Source of the DNA: a virus
IMG/VR virus record: IMGVR_UViG_3300011335_000809
Coordinates: 51,570 to 115,569 of that record
Length of the DNA: 64,000 nt
Direction: 5' to 3' (one strand)
This document shows positions 48,297 through 60,709 of this stretch, in pieces (the first letter of the stretch is position 1; the number at the start of each line of letters is the position of its first letter). A model generated the notes under the pieces. It ran no database searches. It was given only the letters and a program-made list of their open reading frames with translations, and had not been told where the DNA came from. The translations under genes and the position numbers were made by a program.

Positions 48297-48590
48297 ATGA
48301 AACATTGTCTTAAACAGAGAGAAAAACTTGAGAAAAAGTTTACTTTTGTTACAACTGGAGTTGATGGCCCGTGGGAAAAAGATGAGGTAACTATTAAATT
48401 TCATAAAGAGACAAAGAAGAAAAATGATTATCATAAGTTTTGTGCCAGAATCAGTATGTGGGGAACAGATGATTTTGGTATGGAACTAATCAATGCTTCT
48501 GAACAAGACTACCATACTATGGTAAATCTTTGCACAAAAAATACACCGACCATTGATGTTCTTAAAAAAATGGGTTATGATTTTTGTTGA
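48297..48590 (+). CDS. hypothetical protein, near-identical duplicate of 54263-54520
   Basis: MKHCLKQREKL...MGYDFC. Confidence 0.8.
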   Translation: MKHCLKQREKLEKKFTFVTTGVDGPWEKDEVTIKFHKETKKKNDYHKFCARISMWGTDDFGMELINASEQDYHTMVNLCTKNTPTIDVLKKMGYDFC

Positions 48591-51021
48591 CTTTCAGAAA
48601 ACCCCGTGGTAAAGTAATTGTATGAAAATGACCAATGAAAAGAAATTAGAAATTGTGACCCTAACATACAATATTAAACAGCTGTGTGATAATATTGACC
48701 AACTAGTGTTAGGACAAGGCGGCGCTCTTTGTTTCAGTAGCGGACATTTTGCAGAAATTAACTATTTGTTTGAATTGGCTGAAGAATTGAAAGAAATTAA
48801 CAAAGACTAATAAAAGACTTTGTTGGTGTTGTAAACTAATACTATGAAGTATAAAATTCCTAAGTGTTACTGGTGGTATTTTCCCGATGAAGATATGCGG
48901 GTATTTACCACTACGCAACCTACATATTTCCGTAGATTTGTGATGTGGTTGTTTCATAATGCTGAATTTGTTATTGAATACAAGGAGATTGACACGCAGA
49001 ATATTAAGCAATATCAGAAAGAGGTAGAAATTGGAGAATAATTAATATGACCAACGACGAAATTAATATTGTTATTGCAGAATATCGTAATTGGAGGAAC
49101 ATTAAAGAGATTGATTATCAACCATTTGGAACAGACCCATATATTGATGGACCTGACCAAATGCTTGTGGGAATACATCCAGAATCAGATAGTGATAGTG
49201 ATGAATGTGAACCTATACCGAACTATTGCAAAGATTTGAATGCAATTCAAGAAGTAGTAAATACTTTAAAAGATCCAATTCAACAATCTTATTATGTTTA
49301 TTATCTTGGAGATTGGAGTACCTTTGAAAAAGGTGAATATGCGACATTCGGAATTGTAAATTCTACCGCTAAAGAAAGAGCAAAAGCGTTTCTAAAAACA
49401 ATTGGTAAATGGGAACAATAATATGACTGATACTGAATATATCAAAAAGTTAGAAGAGGCTCTATATGATTCACTTACGTTGAATATTAATTGGGTAGTT
49501 ACTGCCTTAAAATCTGATTTAGAGTATCATAGTGAATACGCTGCTGTAATTAAACAGGCTAAAGAAGCGTTAAAACTTTCCAAAAATCCAAAGATGCACA
49601 ATATATGAAATTTAAAGTAAGTTATTATGATTATGTCACGGATAAACATTTAACGAAGGATTGTGATAGGATGGATTTTTCTAATGGGGATTATCAATTT
49701 TCATTTTATCCTGTGGATAATCCTGTTAAGATTTATAAGGCTATAACTATTGACCATCCCAAAATTAAAGTTCATCAAAATCAACAATGGGGTATCAAAA
49801 TTATTGTTACAGGATATCAATGTATGAAAGATGGTGATTATTGGAAAACTGATACAACATTTGAAAGTGTAAAGGAAGATTGATATGAAAAAACCATTTA
49901 AAGAGTTTCTTAATACCCTCAAGGAATTAAAAAAATTAGAATCACAAGAAAGATTGCCCAGTTATTTTGATATGATGTGGGATATTAAATATGGTTATCA
50001 GCTTATTGAATATTTGAAAACGCATAACAACCCTGATGTGTATTCAGCTTTGGCTAGGCACGGGTATGATGCAAAAAAAATTAAAAGAGAAATAAATAAT
50101 TGATATGGACATTAAAAAGACAAAAGAAAAGTTAAGTAACTTATCTGAAAAAGATTTGGATTTGCTAGATATTATGGTTTTTAGAGAAAAAGCTGACTGA
50201 CGCAAGCTTGAAAATAAGACTAATAATAAAAATGCATTTGATTTTCAAAATCAACAATATAATAATTTAAAGACAATGTTTGATAACGCTTGGATTCATT
50301 AATTGATATGACCACAAAACAACAACAAGCATTTGATGATGGATATAAAGTTGGAGATAATAATGACGGAACAAAATGTCCATATCCAGAAGATTCAGAT
50401 GAAGAGCTTTATTGGCTTAGTGGATATTGTTCTGGGTTGGATAATTATTCCAGAAGTTTTGATATGGGATTGATATGACCACACAAACACGAAAACATAG
50501 ATTTTATGCGTGGTTACTCAAGCATTTGTTTTTACCAAAATTTGCAGCTAAATGGCTTCTAAAGAAAGTCAGTGACTCTGCACAATACTAAATTAATATG
50601 AATAAACCAATAGGAGCAACACAAAAACAATTAGAAGAAAATAACATTGAATGGGTATACCGACCTGATTATAGTCATAGAAATGTATATGAACCAATGT
50701 GGGAATTGCGTCATAGTAGTGAATATGATTGGGCTAAGGAACGAACAATGTTGTTGCAAGAAATTGCTAATTTGCGTAGACAAGTAGCAAGATTTGAAGA
50801 TGCATTGGCTGTGTATAAAGTATGATTGACGACGAATATCAGTTGACCAACAGGCAAAAGGGACAACAAACCAAACTTGGTTGGTTTTGGTGTGTTTGTG
50901 ACAGACAGATTGTAGGATTAGGGCGTAAATGTAGTGTTTGTGGCAAACGAAATATTAAGAATAGACGCAGACTGAAAAATAAGTCTTGACTTTATATTAT
51001 TTCAGTGATATATGTATTGAT

Positions 51022-51432
51022 ATGAACCGAAGAAAATTTATAACATCAACCGCATTTGCATTGCCATCCGTAGCAGTGTTTGGTGCAATATCAACGCAAC
51101 CCAAGACTTATAGAAGTTTAACCAGTCTTTTTTCCAATGAGGAGATGACGGAGTGGTGTAACAAAAATGGTATGTATTATGCCAAAGATGATGAACTAAA
51201 TAAAAAGTTTTTTAAACATCAAATAAATGATGACTTAGTTTTTATGGATAAACATTTGTTTGATAGAGATAAGTCACTTAGTTATATAAATGGAAATGAA
51301 CCCCTATTCTGGAATAAAGGTTATAAGCGTGTAGTAATAGACATTTTTACAACAGATGATAAAGAAATTTATTATTGGCCACAAAATAGTGTTGTGATTA
51401 GTTGTGTCTTTGGTGAAGAATACAACAAATAA
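51022..51432 (+). CDS. Putative Tat-exported protein
   Basis: MNRRKFI + hydrophobic stretch (twin-arginine signal). Confidence 0.6.
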   Translation: MNRRKFITSTAFALPSVAVFGAISTQPKTYRSLTSLFSNEEMTEWCNKNGMYYAKDDELNKKFFKHQINDDLVFMDKHLFDRDKSLSYINGNEPLFWNKGYKRVVIDIFTTDDKEIYYWPQNSVVISCVFGEEYNK

Positions 51433-51734
51433 TATGAAATATGTTAAATTGATTGCCAAGCCTGATACTTGGTTTAAGGCGGGAACAGAAGTATTTGATG
51501 ATGACTGCTTTGGTAAAAGGTATACTTTAGAAGCTTATAATCAATGGCTTAAATCAGGTATTATCTTAGCAAGAGGTATCCGTGTATGTGAACACGACTA
51601 TGAACTAAAGTTAGGATATGAATTAGGTGAAGAAAGACAAGATGGTGAATTATGCAATATCAATGAATTTGATATGACAATTGTTGAAGAATAAGTGCAA
51701 ATTTTGATTGAAATGTTATAGTAATTTATATTTA

Positions 51735-52152
51735 TACTATGGTATTGTTTAATTGTAAAAAGATTAAACAGAGTCAAGACCCTAAGACTTTTTAACATCT
51801 TACACTAGATTACAATATGAGCGGGTATCATATGGTGAGTGAAGACAAAATGTTAAAGGAAGACAAGTAATGTGATACCAATGAAGTTTCTTCCGTGTGT
51901 AACTCAATGCCGAGACAAATTCAAGAGTAACGCAAATGAAAATAAACTGGGGTTTGTAGTTTTACAAGCAACTTATTACTAAGAGCGTCCAATACAAAAA
52001 GGGCGGTTAACCCAGTGGTAATAAGTGATTGATTAAGAAGAGTATATGCATTTTACTCTAAGACTTTGTGTTCCCAATTATCCAAACAAATTCAGTCAAG
52101 AGTAACGCCAAATATAAATAAACCGCTGTAGTTTAATAAAATACTTATAGCA
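51735..52152 (+). ncRNA. ~420-nt candidate structured RNA with duplicated internal module
   Basis: No ORF; after TATTTATA; ends pair CTATGGTATT/AATACTTATAG; CTAAGACTTT and CAAGAGTAACGC each twice. Confidence 0.6.
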
Positions 52153-52690
52153 TATTATGACGCAGCAATTTAAAACATATACCAATAGTATTACCACTTT
52201 AATTGACGCAAACAATTATATACAACAAAAATACGGACCTAATGCAATGTTAGAACAAGTAATTGTTGATGGTAAAACTAAATATCAATTTTGTAATATT
52301 TCCTCCGTCAAAAATTATCCCCATAAATTAAAAAGTGTAGCTGCATCAATGAATGTTCTGTTTGCCCACGAACGAGGTTGGATTGCTTATAACAAAAATA
52401 AAGAATAATTTTTCAAAAAAAGTCTTGACTTCCCCACGGATATCCTGTAGGATATATACAAGATGAATGCTGAACAAAGACTTAATATTATCAGTAAGAT
52501 TGCTCAAAATGCTCATAGTTTTACTGATGGGGATGAATACTGGTTGATTGGAATGTTGTCTGATACTACTATGTCAGACGATGCGCTAATGCAACAAATT
52601 GAAGTAGTGAAAACAGGATTCCCAGAATACGCTCAATTTTTTGAATGTTCTAAAATTAGTAATATTTCAGCGGTAAACTAAAATAATAAT

Positions 52691-52999
52691 ATGAAATACA
52701 GAAAAAAACCCGTAATTATAGAAGCAACGCAATGGTTCAAGCATGGCGATCATCCAGAAGTAGTGATACTAAATGGTGTTCCTCCTCAAAATGGTTGGAT
52801 AAAGACTCTTGAAGGAGGACATATAGTTACTCCCGGTGATTATATCATTACTGGTATAAAAGGAGAACACTATCCATGCAAACCTGATATTTTTGAAGCT
52901 ACTTATGAGAAAGTTAGTGAGTCAAATAGTTTTTTTAATGGTGCTACTTTTTCAAATAGTTTTTTTAATGGTGCTACTTTTAAAGCTCCCTACCTGTGA
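52691..52999 (+). CDS. PGDYG-like conserved phage protein
   Basis: KYRKKPV.IEA.QW..IKTLEG..VTPGDYII.G.KGE.YPCKPDIF..TYE; duplicated SNSFFNGATF tail. Confidence 0.85.
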   Translation: MKYRKKPVIIEATQWFKHGDHPEVVILNGVPPQNGWIKTLEGGHIVTPGDYIITGIKGEHYPCKPDIFEATYEKVSESNSFFNGATFSNSFFNGATFKAPYL

Positions 53000-54262
53000 T
53001 TGATTTATTATAATCTATGAGAAAAACGCCAAGAACGGATGCGGTATGGGAACGATTTGCAACTGATACAACAGGAGAGCTTGAGCCTGATGTTGAGTTT
53101 TCTACACTAGCCCGTGAGCTAGAAGACGAACTTAAAAATGCGTTAGAAAAAATCAACCAGCTAGAAAACGCTGGTGATGAACTATTAAAATGGCTTACTA
53201 TAGATGGTGTTTCTTTAAATAATCAACAATTACTTTCAAACAAATGGAATAGAGCAAAGAAATATAAGTCTTGACATCATAATATTTCAGCGGTAAACTA
53301 ACAGAATATGAATGATAAAGAAATACTATTGATATCAGAACTTCATATTGAAGTGGAAACACTAAAACAAAAGATACAAAAACTAATAGAAGCTGGGGAT
53401 GCGATGGCTATCTACGCTGAACTTGGAGGCATTCCTCTTCAATTTGTCGGAGTCGTAAACGCATGGAGAGAAGCCAAGGAGGACAATCCGTGATTTTTGA
53501 ACCTAAAGATACTAATTTCTATTCAACTGACCCAGTTAAAATGCAGATGTATGGTAACTTGTTACAATGTCAAAGAGAGATTGAAAGGTTGAATAAAAAG
53601 ATACAAAAACTAATTGACGCTGGTGATGTTATGTATACACTACTTGACCCTCCATCAATATCTATGAGAACAACAGAGTATGATAACGCTCTACAAGGTT
53701 GGGATGACGCTAAAACTAAGTATTGACTTTCAGAAAAACCCGTGGTAAAGTAATTTTATGAACGCTTATGAAGTGTGGAAGAATTCTGAGGGAATGTCTA
53801 AAAACGACAGAATTGATATTTTGTATAAAAATCAAATTCTCAAATATGAGGGGGAAGTAAAAAGTCTTGAAATTCTTATTCAAAATGAAAATTTGAATCA
53901 AAAAAATCAACAATTAAAGACTAATAACATTTCTGCTTTAAAAGCTGAATTACAAAAGGTTAGATACAATTTAACAAGAGTTAAAAATCTATTGAAAAAT
54001 AACTCTAGTCTTTCAGAAAAACCCGTGGTAAATTAGATTAAATGAAGCTTGAATCTGGTAAATTTTATTGGTGGCGCCATGAATTTGAAAAGATATGGCG
54101 TATATGTTATATTTATCAAGATTATGATGATAACCAATGGTTAGATTCAATTGGTTGGCCCACAACAAAATTATCTGATTTGGACTTGAATTGCTTTGAA
54201 TTTATTGAAATTCCTAAACCAATCACTTGACTTTCAGAAATCCCCGTGGTAAAGTAACTAAT

Positions 54263-54520
54263 ATGAAACATTGTCTTAAACAGAGAGAAAAACTTAAAAA
54301 GAAGTTTACTTTTGTTACAACTGGAGTTGATGGACCGTGGCAAAATGATGAAGTAATCATTAAATTTAATAATTCTTGTATTACTATGTGGGGAACAGAT
54401 GATTTTGGTATGGAACTAATCAATGCTTCTGAACAAGACTACCATACTATGGTAAATCTTTGCACAAAAAATACACCGACCATTGATGTTCTTAAAAAAA
54501 TGGGTTATGATTTTTGTTGA
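54263..54520 (+). CDS. duplicate of 48297-48590
   Basis: Nucleotide identity except for the central segment. Confidence 0.8.
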   Translation: MKHCLKQREKLKKKFTFVTTGVDGPWQNDEVIIKFNNSCITMWGTDDFGMELINASEQDYHTMVNLCTKNTPTIDVLKKMGYDFC

Positions 54521-55382
54521 CTTTCTATAAACCCCGTGGTAAAGTAATTAATATGAAATACACTCTGGAAAGTTTGCCATACGGATCTGTAATACAATAC
54601 AGAAATAAACGATATTACAAATGTGAAGGTTTAGAAGGTGATATTCTTATGACAGAAAAAAACGGAGGCGTGTGGTATTGTATATCTAATACATCGTGGA
54701 AAAAATTTAAGGTTCTTTTTACGCCTTGACTTAGTATAAACCCCGTGGTAAAGTAAATGTATGGAAAAATACACAAAGAGATTCAGTGTAGAAGAAGTTC
54801 AAGAAATCTTGAATAAACATATGGGTGTTAAAGATACTAGGATTCATTGTTTAACCTCCCATAACGGAATAAATTGGGATGGAATTGAAATTAGTGTATA
54901 TGATGAAAATACAACTAAAAGTCCAACTACAACACAACAAAACTCTACATTTTGTAAAATTGCAAAAGACAAATTGCGGGAAATTCAAAACGAAGAACAC
55001 GAAATAATGGAGTATATTCAGAAAAATATTGATTGTCCGTGGACAGTACCATACAACTATAGTGCTTACTACAGAGATTCAATATTTAGTGATGAACAAA
55101 ACGCCACAGATTTTGAAAATAATTATTGACTTTCTATAATCCCCGTGGTAAAGTAAACTAACTATATGACTGACCAAGACTTGTTATCTATACTAGGAGA
55201 AAATGCGCAGTCAAAAAATCTTACTGCTAAAAAAACCAATGAGATTATGCAACGAGACAAATCTGTAATTACTGGATTTGTTGTAACAGACCCATATGGA
55301 AATATTGGAATTGTTGATAAATCAGTGGTAAGATGGATTTCTAAAGAACAATGGAGTCAACTAAAGAACTATGGAGTCAATT

Positions 55383-55757
55383 ATGAATAGACCGCTTAAA
55401 TTTAGAGTGTGGGATAAAATGCGATTGCAATTCATTTATCCAGAAAACAATAATCAACAACACTTTATCATTGATTTGAATGGACAATTCCATAATCTAC
55501 AAAATGGTAGCGGTGGCAATGATTATGTAGTTCTAGAATATACAGGCTTGAAGGATAAGAATGGTAAAGAAATTTACGAGGGGGATATCTTAGAATGGAA
55601 AGGAGAATTCATTGCAGAAGTATTTTTTGAACAAGAAAATGCTGCATTTGTTATCAAAAGCAAAAAAGGTGGTGGAGCATTTATGAGTGAAAATTATGTG
55701 CTTAATTTTCAAATAATTGGTAACATTTTTGAACATAAACATCTACTAGAAAACTAA
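55383..55757 (+). CDS. YopX family protein
   Basis: KFRVWD..YTGLKDKNGKEIYEGDI..IIGNIFE. Confidence 0.9.
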   Translation: MNRPLKFRVWDKMRLQFIYPENNNQQHFIIDLNGQFHNLQNGSGGNDYVVLEYTGLKDKNGKEIYEGDILEWKGEFIAEVFFEQENAAFVIKSKKGGGAFMSENYVLNFQIIGNIFEHKHLLEN

Positions 55758-56836
55758 TATGAATGAAGCATACGCATTTACCATCATTTTAATTGCTGCC
55801 GCAGTAATAGCAGTTGTTGCATTTATTGTCGGCGTAATTATAAAATACAAACAAGATAAAGAAAACGCAACAAAAAAGAAAGTATATGTCAGCACTCTAG
55901 TATTAACATACTGCGGCGTAGGAACCGACCTAATGAACAAAAAAAGGCTCTATTATAAAAACTATACTGAAGAAGAAGCCAAAGTATCATATAAAAAACT
56001 ACAAACAATAGGTACGCAAACATACCAAAAACTTGATACAATATCAGATACAGATATATTCAATTTTGCAGATGTACTTGTCATCCACAAAAACCAATTC
56101 ATTGCAATTGAAATAGGAATGCACGAAGAATATGAATAAACCTCAATGGCCAACACTACAAGATAGACTAAATCACCCATTAAAAGATGAATTAACCGCT
56201 TTACAACAACTAAAACAAGTGTTACCATTGTCAAAACAAGCACAAGAACTATATGATAAACTATCTAAAGAATCTATTCAAGAAGCCAGAAACAACGCCG
56301 GTAGAACAAACAAAATATAAATATAGTCCTAAATACAATCGTGGAATATCATTGGTTGTAACCTACAATCAACCAGACGAACAAGGATATCAGTATAAAC
56401 AATGGCAAACTATTGAAACAGATGATACTAATGCTTATGCTGAACAAAGAGAAAAAATACTAAAAGACTACGAACAACAAATTAAAACTATTCATACTCA
56501 GCTAAATGATAAGTCTAGTGAATATATTGTGTTTAATGATTCATTTCTTCTCAAAAAGATTGACTTTGTTAATGTAAAGATTACAATAGAGGATAACAAA
56601 TAATATGTCCCTACCAGAAAAACAACTAGATGTAATTGACCTAACCAAACAAATCAGAGATGTCCATTACAAACTACAATTAGACTACCAAGCCCTAATG
56701 GGTAAAACAACTGCCCTAGAAGTAGAAAATGTAGAACTAAAAGCTAAACTGGATGACCTACACAAATGGATAAATCAAGGCGGTGGTAAAAAAACTAACG
56801 CTTGACTTTTAGAAATCTATCTGGTATACTCATAAA

Positions 56837-57184
56837 ATGAAAGTGGTTATCAACTCAAGTTATGGCGGTTTCTACCTAAGTTCAGAAGCGCATATTCTAT
56901 ATGCTAAACTCAAAGGTTATAATGTAATCACACGGGGTGATGATACTTTTCAAACTTTCTATAAAAATGAAGAAAGTGATGAAAACATAATTGATGATTG
57001 GAATATTGATAGAACGGACTCTACTCTTGTACAAGTTGTAGAAACTTTGGGTGAAAAAGCAGGTCAAGGAAAATATATCAAACTTAAAGTAGTAGAAATT
57101 CCAGATGATGTTAAATGGATCATTAGGAGGTCAGAAACTAACGGGGGTGAATATATTGCTGAAGAACATAGAACGTGGAAATAA
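56837..57184 (+). CDS. conserved phage hypothetical protein
   Basis: KVVIN..YGGF.LS..R.D..LVQVVE.LG..LKVVEIPDDV.W..E.HRTW. Confidence 0.8.
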   Translation: MKVVINSSYGGFYLSSEAHILYAKLKGYNVITRGDDTFQTFYKNEESDENIIDDWNIDRTDSTLVQVVETLGEKAGQGKYIKLKVVEIPDDVKWIIRRSETNGGEYIAEEHRTWK

Positions 57185-57627
57185 TATGCGCTTATACTCT
57201 AAAAAGAATAAAGAAGACCTATTTGATATCTTTGATGTTGATATCAGTGTTCCCAAAATCAAATGGGGAACTCAGACAGGAAACGCATGGGGTAATGATT
57301 ATCCAACAAAAGTCATAGATATTAATCTTGATACCAAACTTGTTTACCGCAAAGATAAAACTTATTGGTATTTTCAATTGACTTTGCTAGGATTTGGCTT
57401 TACTATCACTAGACAAACTGGTTATTAATTATATGCAACCACACGATGTAGATATCACAATCAATTTCCACAACGGAACTCAGATTCAAACCAAAGTTGA
57501 TTGGAAAACAATCAAGTTGTTGAAATCAAAACACAAAATATCCGCCGTAGAACAAGCATATAATTATACACTTTTACAAACAGATAAAATCAATTTAGAA
57601 AATTCAACGGTAAAGTAAAAGAATAAT

Positions 57628-58068
57628 ATGAAATACAGAATTTGGAGCAAATTATCAAATTGTTATACACACGAACCTGAATATCCCGGTTCATCACTAC
57701 ATTGTACTTCAAACTATTACCTAGACACAGATGGTAATATTGTTGACTTTATCACTACTCTTGGAAGTAATCAAGACGATGCTACCAAAGATATGGTAGA
57801 CCAAGAAGCTTATAAAATTGAACTATGTACCAACTTCAAAACTACTAATGGTGAATACCTATTTGAAGGAGATATTGTAGAACTACCTCTAGGTATCAAA
57901 ACTACCATTGGTAGGATAACTTGGGAACATTTTGGGTTTATGATTTATGAACGCACCGGTGGAGTATTGCAGTTTGTACAAAAACCCTATACTTACTTGG
58001 GTAATTATAACAAAAATCCAGAAATTCTAAAAGTTCCCGTCAAATTTGATAATGATGGAGGTCACTGA
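57628..58068 (+). CDS. YopX-like protein
   Basis: KYRIW..NG..LFEGDIV..LGN...NPE.L. Confidence 0.7.
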   Translation: MKYRIWSKLSNCYTHEPEYPGSSLHCTSNYYLDTDGNIVDFITTLGSNQDDATKDMVDQEAYKIELCTNFKTTNGEYLFEGDIVELPLGIKTTIGRITWEHFGFMIYERTGGVLQFVQKPYTYLGNYNKNPEILKVPVKFDNDGGH

Positions 58069-58266
58069 TATATGAAGTTAATTAAACGAGGAATACCACC
58101 CAAAGAAAGAAAATGGAAAGGTGATTGTTACTATTGTAAATCAGAATATGAAGCACTTGAAGGTGAATTGAAGGCGGTTCAAATTGATCCTAAAGAAAGA
58201 ACTCCTATGGCATTGGAACAATGTGAAGTGTGTAAAAATAATTTTTGGTTATATCCAGTTAAATAA

Positions 58267-58656
58267 ATGAACGATAAAGTAAAACAAACCATAATAATGC
58301 GTAAAGACTTGAACCTATCCAAAGGTAGGTTAGTAACTCAAGGTGCTCACGCAAGTATTGCTTTCTTGACTGATAAGATGAAAGCTAATTTGTCAAACCC
58401 AGAAGCTTTATGGTGGGTAAATCTAAGTCAGGCAGAAAAAGAATGGATATATGGAACATTCTATAAAGTTTGTTTATCCGTAGATAGTGAAAAAGAATTG
58501 CTTGATATTGGACATCAAGCTGTTATACTGGGTCTATCAGTCAAATATATTGAAGAAACCACCGGATTTGATAAACCTACTTTCACTTGTCTAGCTATTG
58601 GACCAGATTATAGTTCCAAGATAGATCCCGTTACGAAACATCTAAAACTACTATGA
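58267..58656 (+). CDS. pth2: Peptidyl-tRNA hydrolase, Pth2 type
   Basis: KQ.I.MRKDL.LSKG....QGAHAS..K..L..DSE.EL..T.LAIGP..ID.VT..LKLL. Confidence 0.88.
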   Translation: MNDKVKQTIIMRKDLNLSKGRLVTQGAHASIAFLTDKMKANLSNPEALWWVNLSQAEKEWIYGTFYKVCLSVDSEKELLDIGHQAVILGLSVKYIEETTGFDKPTFTCLAIGPDYSSKIDPVTKHLKLL

Positions 58657-58988
58657 GACAATTTATTTACAGAATCTGGGGCATTAAAGAAAAGAAATAC
58701 GTTATGACTGCATCTCTTTACGAAGATCCAGAATTAATGCCTTTAAACGAATACTTCAAACGTGAAGAATATATTATTGAAGAATATACCGGACTAGATG
58801 ATATCAAAGGCATTAGAGTATTTGAGGGAGATATTGTTAAACAAAAAATTGGCCGTAAATATGAATATAACGCAGTTGTATGGGAAAGTTGTGGTTGGTA
58901 TATAAATGAATTTCCGTTAGTTATGTTTGATGATGGTATGATTGTAGCGGGTAACATTCATCATCATAGTAAACTTTTAAAGACATAA
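58653..58988 (+). CDS. YopX family protein
   Basis: YTGL.D..G..VFEGDIV..GNIH. Confidence 0.8.
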   Translation: MRQFIYRIWGIKEKKYVMTASLYEDPELMPLNEYFKREEYIIEEYTGLDDIKGIRVFEGDIVKQKIGRKYEYNAVVWESCGWYINEFPLVMFDDGMIVAGNIHHHSKLLKT

Positions 58989-58990
58989 AT

Positions 58991-59431
58991 ATGAAATACA
59001 GAGTTTGGGATGAAAAATACAATTGTTGGGATGAATTGCCAATAACTTGTTATCCATATGAAGAATTTAAAAAACAAGGTAGAACTATTCAATGGTCTAC
59101 CGGCTTGAAAGATAAAAATAATAAAGAAATCTACCAAGGCGATATCGTCAATACCATTTATCCACACGATCCACATCAAAACATCGGTGAAGTGATTTAT
59201 CATACAGAAACTTGTAGTTTCAGAATCAAAACTATTAAACATCTATTGCCTATTGTTACACTTAGATATGTAGAAGATAAACCCCAAGGACTATTACAAG
59301 TAGCAGATGAAGTGGTTGGAAATGTGTTTCAATTGCCATGTAAGTTCGACCACAACGGTGAATGTCTAATATGTGATTGTTGGCCTAGTGATTGCCCTTT
59401 TATTAAATCTCATAAAAACAAAACAATTTAA
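58991..59431 (+). CDS. YopX family protein
   Basis: KYRVWD..STGLKDKN.KEIYQGDIV..EVVGNVF. Confidence 0.85.
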   Translation: MKYRVWDEKYNCWDELPITCYPYEEFKKQGRTIQWSTGLKDKNNKEIYQGDIVNTIYPHDPHQNIGEVIYHTETCSFRIKTIKHLLPIVTLRYVEDKPQGLLQVADEVVGNVFQLPCKFDHNGECLICDCWPSDCPFIKSHKNKTI

Positions 59432-59434
59432 ATA

Positions 59435-60229
59435 CTAAATTTTATTATGTTTTTTACTATTACAACTTCTACATAAAGGTTGAATATTAGTGATAAAATC
59501 ACTTCCTCCTTTTGATAGTGGGATTATATGATCTTTAGTTAATTTTTTAGTTTCTTTACAAAAAGCACATTTATTGTCAAATCTAATTATTAGATCATCC
59601 CATTCTTCTAATGTATGGGAACCATCTGCATTCTTTTTTCTTGCATATCTTCTAGCCTTTAAATGAGCAATTAGTTCAGGATGTTTTTTGACGTATCTTC
59701 TATGATAAATTTGTTTACTCTCCCCGACTTTTCTTACGCCTTTGTACGCACTTTGTTCATTTACAGGAATAAATTTTCTAAACTCCCCATAACATTTCAT
59801 TGAACAGAAAAGTCGTTTATATTTATTATGATATGATAATTTTACGTAAAAAATCTTGGGACAATTTTTACAAGAAACTTCTATTCTTGTTTTATTTTTT
59901 TCTTTAAATTTATGTTTGTTATTTTTATACCATTCTTTTCTTTGTATTTTTAACAAATTTTTATTGTTGTAATTACGTTGTTTCCTTTGTTTTTTTAATT
60001 TATCTTTATTAGTTTTACGATAATTTTTGTGATATTCTCTCAGTCTCATCTTTTTTCTTAACTTTGGATCTGTAATATCTCTCCACTCTTTTGGTATTGA
60101 GTCTGTCTTTGTTTCTATTGTAGTAACGGAGTTGTCTTGCTCTGCGTTCTTCAATGAGTTCTGATTCAGGTCGGTTGAGTTTTTTTCTTCCCATACAAAA
60201 AATTCTTCTAGTACATTGTTATTATTCAT
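59435..60229 (-). CDS. HNH endonuclease
   Basis: CAFC....LTKDHIIPLSKGG...NIQPLCRSCNSKK. Confidence 0.9.
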   Translation of the reverse strand: MNNNNVLEEFFVWEEKNSTDLNQNSLKNAEQDNSVTTIETKTDSIPKEWRDITDPKLRKKMRLREYHKNYRKTNKDKLKKQRKQRNYNNKNLLKIQRKEWYKNNKHKFKEKNKTRIEVSCKNCPKIFYVKLSYHNKYKRLFCSMKCYGEFRKFIPVNEQSAYKGVRKVGESKQIYHRRYVKKHPELIAHLKARRYARKKNADGSHTLEEWDDLIIRFDNKCAFCKETKKLTKDHIIPLSKGGSDFITNIQPLCRSCNSKKHNKI

Positions 60230-60709
60230 AAGTAGTCTTTCGTTATATATAAATAGTATGTAGAAGAAAGAAAGTAGAGGAAAAGTTGAAAAAAGTTTGA
60301 AGTGTGGATTGACTTTCTCTAAAATCCGTGGTAATGTAAATAAAAAAATATGAATTTAATTTATCAACAGATTAATAAACACAAATATAGTGTACGAACC
60401 AATAATGGAAAATTGGTTGGTGATTTATTTATAGATGTGGATGGCCATTTCTATTTTTGGCCAGAAGACAATAATGGCGCTTGGTCATCATCTCATCTAA
60501 GAGAACTAGCAGATAAGATGGATGAAATCAATAAATCGTGGGATGAACAATTAAACAAGTAAACTATATGGAAAGTAAAAAATATAATATTCCACAAAAA
60601 CTAGTAATTGGATTAATCACTTTAATTTTCGTAGGACTTCCCATTTTGTTTTGGGTATGGATTTTTCAGTATCTAATGATAACGAATTGGTTGTAAGTGA
60701 GTTGTTTGT

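Larger units (their letters stand above)
48048..60340 (+). repeat. Dispersed promoter repeat TTGACTTTCAGAAA.CCCCGTGGTAAAGT
   Basis: Copies near 48048, 48262, 48587, 53723, 54227, 54517, 54727, 55126, 56802, 60309; ATG usually 5-13 nt after -10. Confidence 0.85.

Noticed and set aside
48297-54520. Diversity-generating retroelement TR/VR pair
   Set aside because: Differences include an indel and are not adenine-specific; no reverse transcriptase in the window
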